Below are positions 32,959 to 43,281 of a stretch of DNA of 44,031 nucleotides, in pieces. Location: assembly GCA_963552855.1 (NCBI GenBank), contig CAUVMZ010000001.1, positions 1-44,031 of the forward strand, in the 5' to 3' direction. Within the stretch, counting starts at the first letter, position 1. Each line of letters starts with the position of its first letter. The translations under genes and the position numbers were made by a program. The stretch is from an uncultured Corynebacterium sp. Its GTDB lineage: Bacteria > Actinomycetota > Actinomycetes > Mycobacteriales > Mycobacteriaceae. Below the pieces are notes generated by a model. It was not told where the DNA came from. It saw only the letters and a program-made list of their open reading frames with translations, and searched no databases.

Positions 32959-35523
32959 CTATCTTTGGTACTTTGTCGGCAGCTTACCTGGCGTTTGTAC
33001 CGTCGCCCCTTTTGCCGCAGCGGTTGAAACAGGATTCACCTGGCCGGATTTTGCATCGACGATATACATCTCGCCCGTCTTCTTGTTGGTCATGATGGCT
33101 TGGTTACCCATTGGATCGAATGTTGTCGCGTATTCTAGCGGCGACGACTGATCCCCTTTTGTGCTGATGCCATAGGCCGCCGCCCGCCTGCTTTCCCGTT
33201 CAATCTCCTGTGCATCGCCGCGCTCCAGGGCATCGGCGAGACGGGCTCGCTGTGCAAATTCTGCCTGTTTACGATCCGCTTCCGCCTGACGCAGCCCCCG
33301 TTCAAAGTCGAACCTTTCCCGCTGGAGCGCGTTGCCTGCACTGGCAGCGCCGGCATGAATTCCGGCAACACGCAATGCATTTTGGTTATTCATTTCAGCA
33401 ATATACCGCTGCGTCCCGTCCTTCATCACCCCCAGCTTTTCCTGCAACGCCCGATCCGCCGCGCTTTCCCTGGCCTTGGCCTGTGCTTGCATGTGCGCCT
33501 GGAAGAACGCCGGGCTGAGCGTGGCAAGCTGCATGCCCGCCGCATCAAGGTAGGCGGATGCCGCCGCCTGCGGAGAATTGATCACCAGCGAACCGAGCGC
33601 TTTGCCCGCCTTGTCGAACTGGTTGGCGCGAATGCCGCCTTCGGGCAGGTCGTCGAAGGTGAGTGTGTTGCCGTCGTTAAATGCGCCGATCTGGTTGTTG
33701 TAATCTGCGCCCAGCGCCTTGAGCGGCGTGTAGTCGCCCGAACGGATCAGATCGAGGTCGGCGCGGATTTTCGCCATCATTTCGTTCGCACGCCTGGTGT
33801 CTTCGAGCGTGATCTTGTCGGCGGCCATCTTCAGACCGTGCGATTCCTGCGCCCGCGCATCGGCCGCCTGTTGCAGCTTCAGTGATTCATCCGCCCGCCG
33901 GTTGGCGGCATCCTGCCGATCCTGTTCTCGCTGCCGGTTCCATTCGTTGGCCGCCGCGCCCATCGCAATGCCGAGATTACCGCCCAGCGCCAGCTTGTTG
34001 CCAGACTCGTGCGCATCAACGCCATTCGGATAGGCTTTACCGTCAATCATGCGCGCCTGTTCGCCGTAGCGTTTTTTCAGGCCGATTTCGTTGATTGCGT
34101 CGAGCGTCTTCAGCCCGACCGATTTAACGGCATCGGCGTTGATGGCGTACTCTTTATCCGACATCCAGACCGGAATCGAATCGGAAGTAGGCGTGCCCTT
34201 GCCCGTGACTTTGCCGCCGCGGGTCACATCTTTGCGGGTTTTCGCCTGGCCGCCGTCGGCAAAGGCATCCGACAAGGCCGTCAGCGCGCCGGCGGCGAGC
34301 AATCCCCAGCCAAGCGGGTTCCAGGCATTCGCCGCGCCTGCCGCCGTTGCTGCCGCGCCCGCTTCTCCGGCAGATGCCAGCGCCGGAGCAATACTGCCGG
34401 TAACGCCGGAACCCAGCGCCCCTGCTCCGGCTTCCGCCGCTGCCGTGCTTCCGGCAGACGCCAAAGAGCCGGAAATACCACTGCCCAGCGCGCCGCTCAT
34501 ACCTGCGCCGGTTGCCGCCGTCGTGCCTGCGTTGGCCAGCGCCGGCGCGATGCTGCCGGTAACGCCATTGCCCGCCGCCTGACCAAGCAATGCCGATTTG
34601 CCTGCTTCCCACAAGGCCGTGGCCGCCGGTTTTGCCAACTGCGCCGCTGCGACGGGTGCAGCGCCAGCGAGAAATTGGCCGATGGGACTGCCGTTGTTGC
34701 TGCGCGCCATCGATAGCGACGGCATCGAGGCCATGCGCGCCCGCCAGCCCTGCACGGGATTGTTCGCCGCGCCGCCGTTAGCCAGACGCAGGCCTTGCCG
34801 CGCAACCGCCGCGTGCCCGCCGTCCTTGAGCTTGATTTGCCCGCCGTCGGCCTTGAACAGGCCGTAGGCGAGCGATGCGCCCATCTGTCCGTAGCCTGCC
34901 GCGTTCTGCGCCGCCATGCTGTTGTTGGCGTTTTGCATGCCGGCCAGATTGCTCATGCCAGCATTGGCGCTGGAGAGCATTTGCGTTGCGTTGCCAGGCA
35001 TACCGGAGACTTGCCCAAGCGCATCCTGGTTGCGCGCCCAGCGTTGGTTCTCCGCCCATTGCCCGGCTTTGTTCAGCGCATCGGTGCGCGCCAGCGCGCC
35101 GGTAATCCCGGCGTCACGCTGTATTTGCCAGGTTTTTGTCGGATTAAATTCCGACCCGTAGCGTTCCATGTTGCGGCTGGCCGCCGCTAATCCCGCACCC
35201 AGCGAGGCGTTGGCGTCCGCACCTGCCTGCGCGCGCATGCGATTGGCGAGCGTGCCGTCCTGCGACTCCTGCACCATTGAGCTCGTGTTCGCCAGATAGC
35301 CGGGCGCGTATTTTTGCCAGTAGTCGAAAAGTTCGCCGGACATCGCCATCGACTGGCGTACCTGGTCGGACTGCGCGTTCCACAGGTTATCATTGCCGCC
35401 GGAATTGCCGCCGCCACCACCGCCTTTAAAACAGCGCCGGTCGAATCCGCGCGACAGAACACGCGCCTCCAGTGAAGGGTTGTCTTCCGGAAGCCCTAGT
35501 GGGTTGTTCATAAAACTGCTCAT
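32959..35523 (-). CDS. Probable internal virion/DNA ejection protein
   Basis: Gly/Ala/Gln-rich; N-terminal CFKGGGGGG; hydrophobic NPLGWGLLAAGAL; tape-measure-type motif GKGTPTSDSIPVWMSDKEYAINADAV. Confidence 0.65.
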   Translation of the reverse strand: MSSFMNNPLGLPEDNPSLEARVLSRGFDRRCFKGGGGGGNSGGNDNLWNAQSDQVRQSMAMSGELFDYWQKYAPGYLANTSSMVQESQDGTLANRMRAQAGADANASLGAGLAAASRNMERYGSEFNPTKTWQIQRDAGITGALARTDALNKAGQWAENQRWARNQDALGQVSGMPGNATQMLSSANAGMSNLAGMQNANNSMAAQNAAGYGQMGASLAYGLFKADGGQIKLKDGGHAAVARQGLRLANGGAANNPVQGWRARMASMPSLSMARSNNGSPIGQFLAGAAPVAAAQLAKPAATALWEAGKSALLGQAAGNGVTGSIAPALANAGTTAATGAGMSGALGSGISGSLASAGSTAAAEAGAGALGSGVTGSIAPALASAGEAGAAATAAGAANAWNPLGWGLLAAGALTALSDAFADGGQAKTRKDVTRGGKVTGKGTPTSDSIPVWMSDKEYAINADAVKSVGLKTLDAINEIGLKKRYGEQARMIDGKAYPNGVDAHESGNKLALGGNLGIAMGAAANEWNRQREQDRQDAANRRADESLKLQQAADARAQESHGLKMAADKITLEDTRRANEMMAKIRADLDLIRSGDYTPLKALGADYNNQIGAFNDGNTLTFDDLPEGGIRANQFDKAGKALGSLVINSPQAAASAYLDAAGMQLATLSPAFFQAHMQAQAKARESAADRALQEKLGVMKDGTQRYIAEMNNQNALRVAGIHAGAASAGNALQRERFDFERGLRQAEADRKQAEFAQRARLADALERGDAQEIERESRRAAAYGISTKGDQSSPLEYATTFDPMGNQAIMTNKKTGEMYIVDAKSGQVNPVSTAAAKGATVQTPGKLPTKYQR

Positions 35524-35957
35524 GCCTGCACCTTTCCCAAATCAAAATCCACTATCCGGCCAATCTCGGTATATCCGCGCCGCGCTGCCAGCCGCGCCAC
35601 AGACGCGCGAACCTGCGCCTGTATGCGCGTAAAACCGCTACGCTTTGCCCAGTTTTGGAACGCTTCCTGCACCCGCTCATCCGTGCCGAACCGTCCTCCC
35701 GCCGCCGTCACGAAGGCGACGCTGGCATTCGGGTAATAGACCGGCGCAACAGTGCAGGCACAGACGATAGAGGCTTCGTCGCGGACTGCGATCAGCAGCC
35801 GCTGCACACCTGCCACCAGTAGCGCTTTGAGTTGGTCCAGACTGGTATCGGCACAACCTACCGGATCGGCATCGTAGGCCTTTTGTAGCAATTCGCCGAC
35901 CACCGGCCACATGGCGACAACATCACCCGGCGCAACCTGCATGACTTTGATATTCAT
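35520..35957 (-). CDS. GNAT-like acetyltransferase of the virion module
   Basis: AFVTAAGG..WAKRSGFTRIQAQVR..ARRGY; position just before the ejection proteins. Confidence 0.6.
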   Translation of the reverse strand: MNIKVMQVAPGDVVAMWPVVGELLQKAYDADPVGCADTSLDQLKALLVAGVQRLLIAVRDEASIVCACTVAPVYYPNASVAFVTAAGGRFGTDERVQEAFQNWAKRSGFTRIQAQVRASVARLAARRGYTEIGRIVDFDLGKVQA

Positions 35958-36373
35958 GGTTTCTCCGGCCAGTTGATTTCCAGGGGAAATCCGGGTTGCT
36001 TCGTTACATCGCGCAAACCCTCTCGGTAAGCCTGCCATTTAGATTTTGTCGCATCCGGCACATCAGGAAGTTGCGTCCAGTCGGTTTCTTCCAGCAATGC
36101 ATCACGTCTCGCGCGCACGTCCGATGCGGCGTATTCTTCATTCGTTATCCATTCGCCCGCGGAATAATCGAAATATGCATAAGCGTTCGGGCGTTCAGGG
36201 ATCGGTATAAATGACTGGCTCGCAAAATCATAACGGTAAGCTGTTGGCGTAATACCTTCCGGACACTCGATAGCGCGCATGTCATCGACCTCCGCTATCG
36301 GCAGCATGTTGTCCCGTTCCAGCACTGCCGAAATGGCTCCGTTCGGCATGCACAATGCAATCCGTTCGCTCAT
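35954..36373 (-). CDS. Tail fibre assembly chaperone
   Basis: VRARRDALLEETDWTQLPDVP..WQAYREGLRDVTKQPGFP..WPEKP. Confidence 0.85.
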   Translation of the reverse strand: MSERIALCMPNGAISAVLERDNMLPIAEVDDMRAIECPEGITPTAYRYDFASQSFIPIPERPNAYAYFDYSAGEWITNEEYAASDVRARRDALLEETDWTQLPDVPDATKSKWQAYREGLRDVTKQPGFPLEINWPEKP

Positions 36374-37797
36374 CGGTACAGCGCCTGTAAAATGAAATCA
36401 GCGATTATTCGTGTGCCGTGGATCCCTTGTAAAGGATACACAAACATCTTGGTACCTCCTCGCGCCTCTATATAAAGCCCATACTCATACACAACATCGG
36501 GCGCGAGGGGTTCGTTAAATACAAGCGTTGTCGTCCCTGTGTAAGTTACATCTACATCAAACTCGGCCGCAGAATCTTTTTTCTGCACCAGCCTCGGATA
36601 CGGGGTGCCGATGTAACCGCTCCAGAGGTCGTCCGTACGGTTACGCAATAAATGTACATATGCGCGCGCACCGTTTTGGCTGACGATTGATGCAAGCGAT
36701 ATTTTTATATGCAAAAGACAAGCCTGCGCTGCGTGGCGGATAGACAGCCTGCCTACAGCAACGTATTGACCAGGGGTAGGGCTAAACGGCATGGGTGTTA
36801 TAGCGTCCTTATTCACCATCATGTCGCCGCGAACCGAAAACGTTTCATTGATCGCCTTGCCCGCAATCTTGATCGTATCTACAGACAGGTCGGCAATGTG
36901 GCTGTTGTTGACCGCCAGTGCACCAATATGCGCAGAACCGATCGCCGCATTGGCGATCATCGCGCCCGTGATCGAGGCGTTCCGGATAAACGCCGTATCC
37001 ATAAAAGCGATGCCGTCGCGCAGGATAAATGGATTCTTTTCGGATCGGTCTCTCGGCGAGAACACGGCAAAAGTATCCGCGCGCACGACAAAGGCGGACT
37101 GCGCCTTTCCGTTTCTGGCATCAACGCCCAGGCCAAAACCGGCAACATGCCCGTTGGCGTCTATCTTGACGCTCCACGACGCAGCAATTCGTTTGTCAAT
37201 CGTTTGCGAAAGCGTGAATGCCTGCTGCGCTTTGACGGTGACATCGCCGACACGGGTTTGCAGGTTCGTCACGGCAGATGCAGTTGCGCTGACCCGATCA
37301 GAGGTGGCTTTGAGTTCCGTGCGCGTTAATGCGATGTTCTGGTCAATCCGCGCAATAGCGGTATCCATCCGGCTCGCCAGCGCCGAGTTCTGGGCGATTC
37401 GTTCTTCTTTTTCTGTTTTGATCATCGCGCCAACGCGGGCGGTAAACCATGATGGAACCCCAATCTCGTCGATGCTTGAACTTAAGTTTTTATATACCCA
37501 CGACTGCATGATGTCGTCGGTCATGCGCCGGTAAAGATCGCTAAGTTGCGCAACGGCGCGAGAAATCGCTCCGCCACCAGAATTTTGCGACAGCACACCA
37601 CTGCTGCCGGGCGCAGACGCGCCGCTGGATTGCACTCCCAGCACCTTCCCCAAGTCGCGCACCGTGAGGAATTTTTCCTGCCCATCGCCTGCCGTGCCAT
37701 TGCGTACAGCCCAGCCGTCCGAAAGCGCCTTGAGATAGGCGCGCACCGACGGATCGGAGACCGACGAGATCGGAGGAAGGTTGGGAATCTTAGCCAC
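36370..37797 (-). CDS. Tail fibre/tip protein with coiled coil and DUF1983-like domain
   Basis: ASWSVKIDANGHVAGFGL..SAFVVRADTFAV..PF..AFIRNASITGAMI; GTG start inferred from RBS. Confidence 0.75.
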   Translation of the reverse strand: MAKIPNLPPISSVSDPSVRAYLKALSDGWAVRNGTAGDGQEKFLTVRDLGKVLGVQSSGASAPGSSGVLSQNSGGGAISRAVAQLSDLYRRMTDDIMQSWVYKNLSSSIDEIGVPSWFTARVGAMIKTEKEERIAQNSALASRMDTAIARIDQNIALTRTELKATSDRVSATASAVTNLQTRVGDVTVKAQQAFTLSQTIDKRIAASWSVKIDANGHVAGFGLGVDARNGKAQSAFVVRADTFAVFSPRDRSEKNPFILRDGIAFMDTAFIRNASITGAMIANAAIGSAHIGALAVNNSHIADLSVDTIKIAGKAINETFSVRGDMMVNKDAITPMPFSPTPGQYVAVGRLSIRHAAQACLLHIKISLASIVSQNGARAYVHLLRNRTDDLWSGYIGTPYPRLVQKKDSAAEFDVDVTYTGTTTLVFNEPLAPDVVYEYGLYIEARGGTKMFVYPLQGIHGTRIIADFILQALYR

Positions 37798-39745
37798 CAC
37801 GCAACTCCGATGGCACGCCGGCCAGACGCACGGACTCAATCATGGATTCTGCCTGCCCAGCAAACCTGAACGACCAGGTGCGCGCGAGAAATCCGGCGGG
37901 CAGGCGGAACAGATACTCCGTGTTGCTGAACAGGATTCTTTCCGTGTGGATTTTCTTCCCGTCGGCGAACACATCCATGAGCACCGAGCCGTGTCCAAGC
38001 AAGCGCACTACGCCGAGGTTGGTAGGCCGCGGCTGGATGAAATCTTTCGAGTGCCATACGTAGGGCAGCCGCTGGCCGAAATCGTACTGATTTTTGATGG
38101 CTCCCTTGAATTCGAGCACGGAACCCATGCTTAAGATAAACAGCGAATCTGACAGCGAATCGACATAGGCGGCGCTGATCGGCCTTGACAGCCGGGTCAT
38201 GGAAAGCGCTTCACCGTCGAAACGGATCAGCATCCCTTGGGCATTGTCCGTGAACCAGACAAGCAGATTGCCGTCATGAGCATTCAGACGCATTTTGTCC
38301 ATGCGCTCGCCAAACGTGGCGCGCCAGGCTTCACGCGTAAAAAACTTGTGCGACCAGTCGAGGCTCACATTGACGCCGCGCGCCATCACCAAGCCATCGT
38401 GCGATGCCCAGACGACAAACTCGCCGACGTTGCAGATGCTGCCCCGCGATACACCCGCTTGCACTGAAGTCACTTTTGACAGCGTGCAGGCATCCGGCGA
38501 TTGACCGGATAGAAAATACGGGTGCGATGTCGTAGTGACGTACATGCCGCCCTCAGCCGCGCATAAGCCAACCACGCGCCCTTGCGTAACCTGGGTGTTT
38601 TCAGGCGACCAGGCATAGGGTAAATACTGCTCGGAGATATAAACCTGATTGCCGCGGCTCGTCACCATCATGCCATTGGCCATGACGGCCAGTGTTTCCA
38701 GCCCTTCGTCCGGTGGGTAAAAACCGACAGTCTGGATCGGCGCGCCCAGCGCGGAACCGGGCAGCATGTCTTCGATTACAACCGTTTCAGCATTGGCATA
38801 CTCGGAGTGATACAACCATGATGTAGTGTTTGTCCCCGTTTCGGCGCGATACAAACGGATACACGATACCGGACAATAGCCCTTGTCGTTTGCGTGTCCT
38901 TTCAGCACCAGCCTGACCACTCCGTCTTCTGGCACCTCAATCCCTGCCGCCTCCGACGGTGCGCTTTCCTCGCCGTACTGATTGACGTAGGTATAGACGT
39001 ATTCCCGATGCGCGATGTTGCGTAATACCGGAAAAATGCGCAGTTCGATGTAGGAGCCGCGCACCGCCATTGAGGTCGCGTAATTTTTTAGTGCGGCCGG
39101 AAGCTTGGACGGCAGCGGCGAATTAGCCTGACGCAGGATGCCGTTGTCAGTAGGGGTTGTCACCTCAATCGCCCACATGCCGCCCGGCGCGGCCATCGTC
39201 GCCGCGTAATCGCCGGTCAGCGCCAGGACGACTTCGTAATTGTTCGTCGAGACAACCCGCGCGGCGAGCGCAACCTGCGGGGCGCTTGTCCGCACGCCGG
39301 AAATGTCCTCGGCAAAAATCCTGAACGAGTACCCGGCAAGACTGATGGCAACGGCGTGCGCTTCCGCACGCGTTTCCGGATACGGCACGCCGACGCGGTA
39401 CTTGTTGTTTCCGGACGGTTCGCCCTGGCTGGCGGCGCTATTGCCGACGTACAGGATGCCGCCGTCCAACCAGTAAAACCGGCTGAAGCGGTCGCTGGCG
39501 ACTGGCCCACGTACCGCCACCACGTCGCGCGGCCAGTAATGCACGTTGCGCTGCGCATCGTCGCCAATGAACAGCGTGCGCGCCGTCGCAGGCACGTTAA
39601 GCGTCGTCACCTTTTCCGGCGCGACAATCCCCGTCAGCGATCCCATGGCAAAATCGCAATCGATCGCCTCGCTCGCCGCGCCGTCCGGCAGCAGATGCGG
39701 CAGGGTGCGCGGGGATTCGCCCGTAAAAATATCGACGCCAATCAT
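37790..39745 (-). CDS. Tail tubular/stabilisation (nozzle-like) structural protein
   Basis: FTGESPR..LLP, YVYTYVNQYGEESAPS, SEQYLPYAW, WHSKDF; position in the tail module. Confidence 0.65.
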   Translation of the reverse strand: MIGVDIFTGESPRTLPHLLPDGAASEAIDCDFAMGSLTGIVAPEKVTTLNVPATARTLFIGDDAQRNVHYWPRDVVAVRGPVASDRFSRFYWLDGGILYVGNSAASQGEPSGNNKYRVGVPYPETRAEAHAVAISLAGYSFRIFAEDISGVRTSAPQVALAARVVSTNNYEVVLALTGDYAATMAAPGGMWAIEVTTPTDNGILRQANSPLPSKLPAALKNYATSMAVRGSYIELRIFPVLRNIAHREYVYTYVNQYGEESAPSEAAGIEVPEDGVVRLVLKGHANDKGYCPVSCIRLYRAETGTNTTSWLYHSEYANAETVVIEDMLPGSALGAPIQTVGFYPPDEGLETLAVMANGMMVTSRGNQVYISEQYLPYAWSPENTQVTQGRVVGLCAAEGGMYVTTTSHPYFLSGQSPDACTLSKVTSVQAGVSRGSICNVGEFVVWASHDGLVMARGVNVSLDWSHKFFTREAWRATFGERMDKMRLNAHDGNLLVWFTDNAQGMLIRFDGEALSMTRLSRPISAAYVDSLSDSLFILSMGSVLEFKGAIKNQYDFGQRLPYVWHSKDFIQPRPTNLGVVRLLGHGSVLMDVFADGKKIHTERILFSNTEYLFRLPAGFLARTWSFRFAGQAESMIESVRLAGVPSELRGG

Positions 39746-41649
39746 TATCTGATCCGCACGTACCATCCTGCGCCGGGCGAAAACTGCGTGCCGACGGAAT
39801 CGGGATCGGCATCCGGGTTGGCAATGCTCGCCAGACCGCCCGGATTGCCGGACAGGTTAATCATCCACGTATCTGCCCGAGACACGACGCCGTAAGCGCT
39901 TCCAAGCGGCGCTGCAAGCAATACCTGGAACGTCCGCCACGTTGCGCCATGATCGCGGGTTACGGCGTACAGATTCCGGTTGCCCGCCGTGCAGCCCAGT
40001 ATCACGACGCCTGCGCTATCCGTCGCCATGCTGGCGTTCTGCATGATGAATTTGTCGGTTCCGTAGTTGTCAAAAGGCATCGTGTTGGTATCGAACGGAT
40101 TCGATACTTTCTTCATGTCCCCGCCAGATGCGCCGGCATAAACGCCTTCATTGGTCAGCATCATGAAATGCGCACCGTCGAACACAATATCCTGCGGATA
40201 TTCGTTTGTGCCGAGCGACAGGTACCGTGTCGCATCGACCCATGAAGAAGGAATGTGGGGCGTAGGCGACATGACTACCCTGCCCACCGAAGGAGCTGGC
40301 GAGTTGCCCACTGCAATAAATTGCGTGCCGTTATGCGCAATGGCGTTGCACTGCGTCATGCCCATACGGGGATCGCCTACAACACGTGTCCATCCTCCTG
40401 TCGCTCCGGGATTTTGGCTGTATGCAATTTCACCCGCAGATCCATTGATTGATGAGATGCACAGCCAGTAGTTGGCATTCAGCGCAACGCCAATCGCTGT
40501 CAGCGCCTTTCCACTCGGCAGCACTATGTTATTCGTTGTGCCGTTCGGGTTGATAACTTGGATAGTTGAGTTTGATGAAGATGGGAACGCAACGATGCCA
40601 TTTTGGACGGCAGGTCGGATACCTGGGGCCACCGTTACGCCGGAGAGCGCGCTCCACACCTTTTTGTCTGCCGATTTATAGACACTACTCCCGACAAAGG
40701 CGAGCGTGTTCGCGCCCGATTGTGCATAAATCACCTTGTCTGATCCCGCACTTTGCCCTGGAAAAACCGTTTCGTTCAGCACGCCGAGGACGCGCAGGCT
40801 GTCCGAAACCCCAGCGTATTCCGGTGCATACCGGACAATTGACCCGGCACGCAGATAGGTTGCGCCGTCCTGAGTAAATTGTTCCGGCATATCGAGCGCA
40901 TACAGATAGCCGCCAACCGGAACGGAAGACGCGCCGCCCAGCGGTTTCCACGCGCTGAAATTGCCACCCGCTGTAGTTTTTGAACGGGAAAATCCGTTGC
41001 CGAGCGCATCAAACACAATCTGCGATGCGCCATCGCCCCCCGTCACGATCATTTGTCCATGATCGACATTGACCGATGCCGGGCCGCCAGTGATGTTGTC
41101 CTCCAAATCATAGAATCCGCTCTGCACAACATCGTTTAACGAACTTCCGGAACGGACTATTGCTGTTTTATCGACCTTCTTGCCGATTGCTTCCGCCTGT
41201 GCCGTGCTGACCGGCTTGTCGGCATCCTTGGTGTTATCGACATTACCCAGACCCACATCCGCTTTGCTGTGCGTGTGGCTGGCTGCGGCAAAACCCTGTG
41301 CGTCGGCCTTTTGCAGCATCTCCTTCATCGTGCCCGCCGTCAGGCGCAGTTCGCAATGCACCTGTGCGCCCGGAATGGACGGATAGGCATAGCCACCGCT
41401 TTGTCCGGTGATGGATTCAACATCGCGCGCAATCGTCAGCGTATTGCCTGCCCGTGCCGTAACCTTGACGATCTCCACGCGCATCTGTGTGCCGTCAGCT
41501 TGCGGCTCAAACAGCGTTGCGTAAAAACATTGGTTTGCTCCTGGCGTCGGGAACGCGGACGCATCGTCGAGCGTCAGGCTCGTTGCTCCGGCAGACAGCG
41601 GGGCGGCAAGCTTTGCGCTTGCCTCGTTGGCGAAAAGAAACTTGTCCAT
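39745..41649 (-). CDS. Tail fibre/spike (receptor-binding protein)
   Basis: FANEASAKLAAPL..EIVKVTAR N-terminus; HTHSKADVGLGNVDNT..KPVSTAQ repeat motif; knob-like SLNDVVQSGFY; Asp-box TRDHGATW. Confidence 0.8.
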   Translation of the reverse strand: MDKFLFANEASAKLAAPLSAGATSLTLDDASAFPTPGANQCFYATLFEPQADGTQMRVEIVKVTARAGNTLTIARDVESITGQSGGYAYPSIPGAQVHCELRLTAGTMKEMLQKADAQGFAAASHTHSKADVGLGNVDNTKDADKPVSTAQAEAIGKKVDKTAIVRSGSSLNDVVQSGFYDLEDNITGGPASVNVDHGQMIVTGGDGASQIVFDALGNGFSRSKTTAGGNFSAWKPLGGASSVPVGGYLYALDMPEQFTQDGATYLRAGSIVRYAPEYAGVSDSLRVLGVLNETVFPGQSAGSDKVIYAQSGANTLAFVGSSVYKSADKKVWSALSGVTVAPGIRPAVQNGIVAFPSSSNSTIQVINPNGTTNNIVLPSGKALTAIGVALNANYWLCISSINGSAGEIAYSQNPGATGGWTRVVGDPRMGMTQCNAIAHNGTQFIAVGNSPAPSVGRVVMSPTPHIPSSWVDATRYLSLGTNEYPQDIVFDGAHFMMLTNEGVYAGASGGDMKKVSNPFDTNTMPFDNYGTDKFIMQNASMATDSAGVVILGCTAGNRNLYAVTRDHGATWRTFQVLLAAPLGSAYGVVSRADTWMINLSGNPGGLASIANPDADPDSVGTQFSPGAGWYVRIR

Positions 41650-41942
41650 CAGATCTCCTTGATCGTGAATACAACCTCGTCCTGCTTGACGCGGCCAAGT
41701 CGCGTAGTCGCCGTGCAGGTCACTTTGTATTTTTTGCCGGACTCTCCGCCCGACACCCAAAACCGGGCTTGCCCGTCCAGAACGGTGGCCTCGCTTACGT
41801 TCAGCCCGTCCGGCTCGACAGCAATGGTTGCTGAAACCAGCGTATCTCCGTTCTCCAGAAAGGGCGGCTCGCCGTTGGCATAATCAAAGGCGTAATCAAT
41901 CCTGTCCGCAGGCTGTTGTTCCCAGCGCCTCAATATCGTCAT
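41649..41942 (-). CDS. Tail fibre adaptor-like virion protein
   Basis: QQPADRIDYAFDY..WVSGGESGKKYKVTCTATTRLGRVKQDE. Confidence 0.7.
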   Translation of the reverse strand: MTILRRWEQQPADRIDYAFDYANGEPPFLENGDTLVSATIAVEPDGLNVSEATVLDGQARFWVSGGESGKKYKVTCTATTRLGRVKQDEVVFTIKEI

Positions 41943-42301
41943 ATCACTTCCTTCACGTAGGTCACGCGGTCGATTGCCAGCACATACGCCACCGCCGTTG
42001 GCGGGATGTCGCTTTGTGCACGCCAACGTACGCTCCCGGCCATCGTCATGGCGCTGCCCAGCGCAGCAGAAAGCGCCGGCCGCAGTTCTCCGGACATGGA
42101 CATCCCGCCGGAAATCGGCAAACAGGAGGCCGGATAGGCAACGATTTCCCCGCCGATGCGGATGCCGCAGGAGAGTGCGGGGGAGAGCGTCGATCGCAGT
42201 TCGCCGGCCATCGACATGTGGCTGACAAGCCCCTGGGTACGAAGCGGCACCGATCCGCGCGCATTGATTGCGCGGGTGTTAAGCGCGTAGGTATTGAGCA
42301 T
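41939..42301 (-). CDS. Hypothetical virion protein
   Basis: Coupled ORF in the structural operon; MLNTYALNTRAIN start. Confidence 0.6.
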   Translation of the reverse strand: MLNTYALNTRAINARGSVPLRTQGLVSHMSMAGELRSTLSPALSCGIRIGGEIVAYPASCLPISGGMSMSGELRPALSAALGSAMTMAGSVRWRAQSDIPPTAVAYVLAIDRVTYVKEVI

Positions 42302-42303
42302 TT

Positions 42304-42711
42304 TTAGTCGAACGTCACCTTGAGCGCGGCTACGTCAGCCAAGAACGCCGTGCCGACGGCGATCGACTGCCCTGCATCTGGGTCGCTTTCGTCATCGCTC
42401 GGCACTTTTTCACTGATCAGCAGATTGCCGCCCGTTTCGGCGTCATACACGCCCCAGTACTTCACTCTCACCGGCGTTCCGGTCACGCGCGAAAACAATA
42501 CCTGGGCTTCGTTTTTGATCATTTCTTTCCCAGCATCGGTCTGGACTGTGCTGAACGTTGCTTGCTTACGCCCGTACCATGACGCAGTAATCTCTTTCGA
42601 CGTGTCGTTCTCGTCCGTCGGGTTGTCTGTAAATAGCGCGACAAACGTCGGTCTACCCACAAAGTATTGGTTGAATACTGCGGTCGTCAGATATTTTGAT
42701 GCGCCTGCCAT
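42304..42711 (-). CDS. Phage tail-associated structural protein
   Basis: VALFTDNPTD..E..YGRK..F; YWGVYDAETGGNLL. Confidence 0.7.
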   Translation of the reverse strand: MAGASKYLTTAVFNQYFVGRPTFVALFTDNPTDENDTSKEITASWYGRKQATFSTVQTDAGKEMIKNEAQVLFSRVTGTPVRVKYWGVYDAETGGNLLISEKVPSDDESDPDAGQSIAVGTAFLADVAALKVTFD

Positions 42712-42722
42712 ATGTTTTGCTC

Positions 42723-43280
42723 CTATGCATTAAACAATTGGTAATACGCCGTTGCCCGCTCAGCAGAGCCGACATCGGCATCTTTTGATAACGCCCGGTA
42801 CAGCACGTAATTCACCAGTCTGTCCTCGTATTTATCCTGCACATCCAACGTACCTCCGGATACCGCTTTGGTGGGCTTGCACGAACACACCAACTCAACC
42901 TGTGCTGGTTTATCGTTTTGCGCGGGCCATACCCAAAACGTCGGATATTCTTCCGGCCGGTACAGAAAATTCCGCACCACCGAGGCGGTCGGGCGCTGCC
43001 GCCAATTAAGCGAGAAAGCATCCAGTGTCTGGATGTCGGCTGAAGGAACGCCTGTCATATCAAACAAGCTAATCACTTCTTCAGGGAGTGTCTGCTTCGC
43101 ACCCGGAACCAATCTGAACCCAGGGAATCTCTTGGTATTCGCTTCCGGGAATTTCACCACCAACGCCACCAACGCCTCGTTCAGCCACAGCAACAACTCT
43201 TCCGTTTTCCAGCGAACACGACTCTCGTCATGGCAAATAATCGAGACTTTCTTAAGAAGACCATCCACCAGAATTGCCAT
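42723..43280 (-). CDS. Head-tail adaptor protein (DUF6682-like)
   Basis: VRWKTEELLLWLNEA..GAKQTLP..LVNYVLYRALSKDAD. Confidence 0.7.
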   Translation of the reverse strand: MAILVDGLLKKVSIICHDESRVRWKTEELLLWLNEALVALVVKFPEANTKRFPGFRLVPGAKQTLPEEVISLFDMTGVPSADIQTLDAFSLNWRQRPTASVVRNFLYRPEEYPTFWVWPAQNDKPAQVELVCSCKPTKAVSGGTLDVQDKYEDRLVNYVLYRALSKDADVGSAERATAYYQLFNA

Positions 43281-43281
43281 C

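Noticed and set aside
26514..37534. Long plus-strand ORFs opposite the virion genes (e.g. 26514-27491, 29049-29786, 34009-34716, 36791-37534)
   Set aside because: Antisense shadows of GC-rich minus-strand genes; no independent coding evidence.
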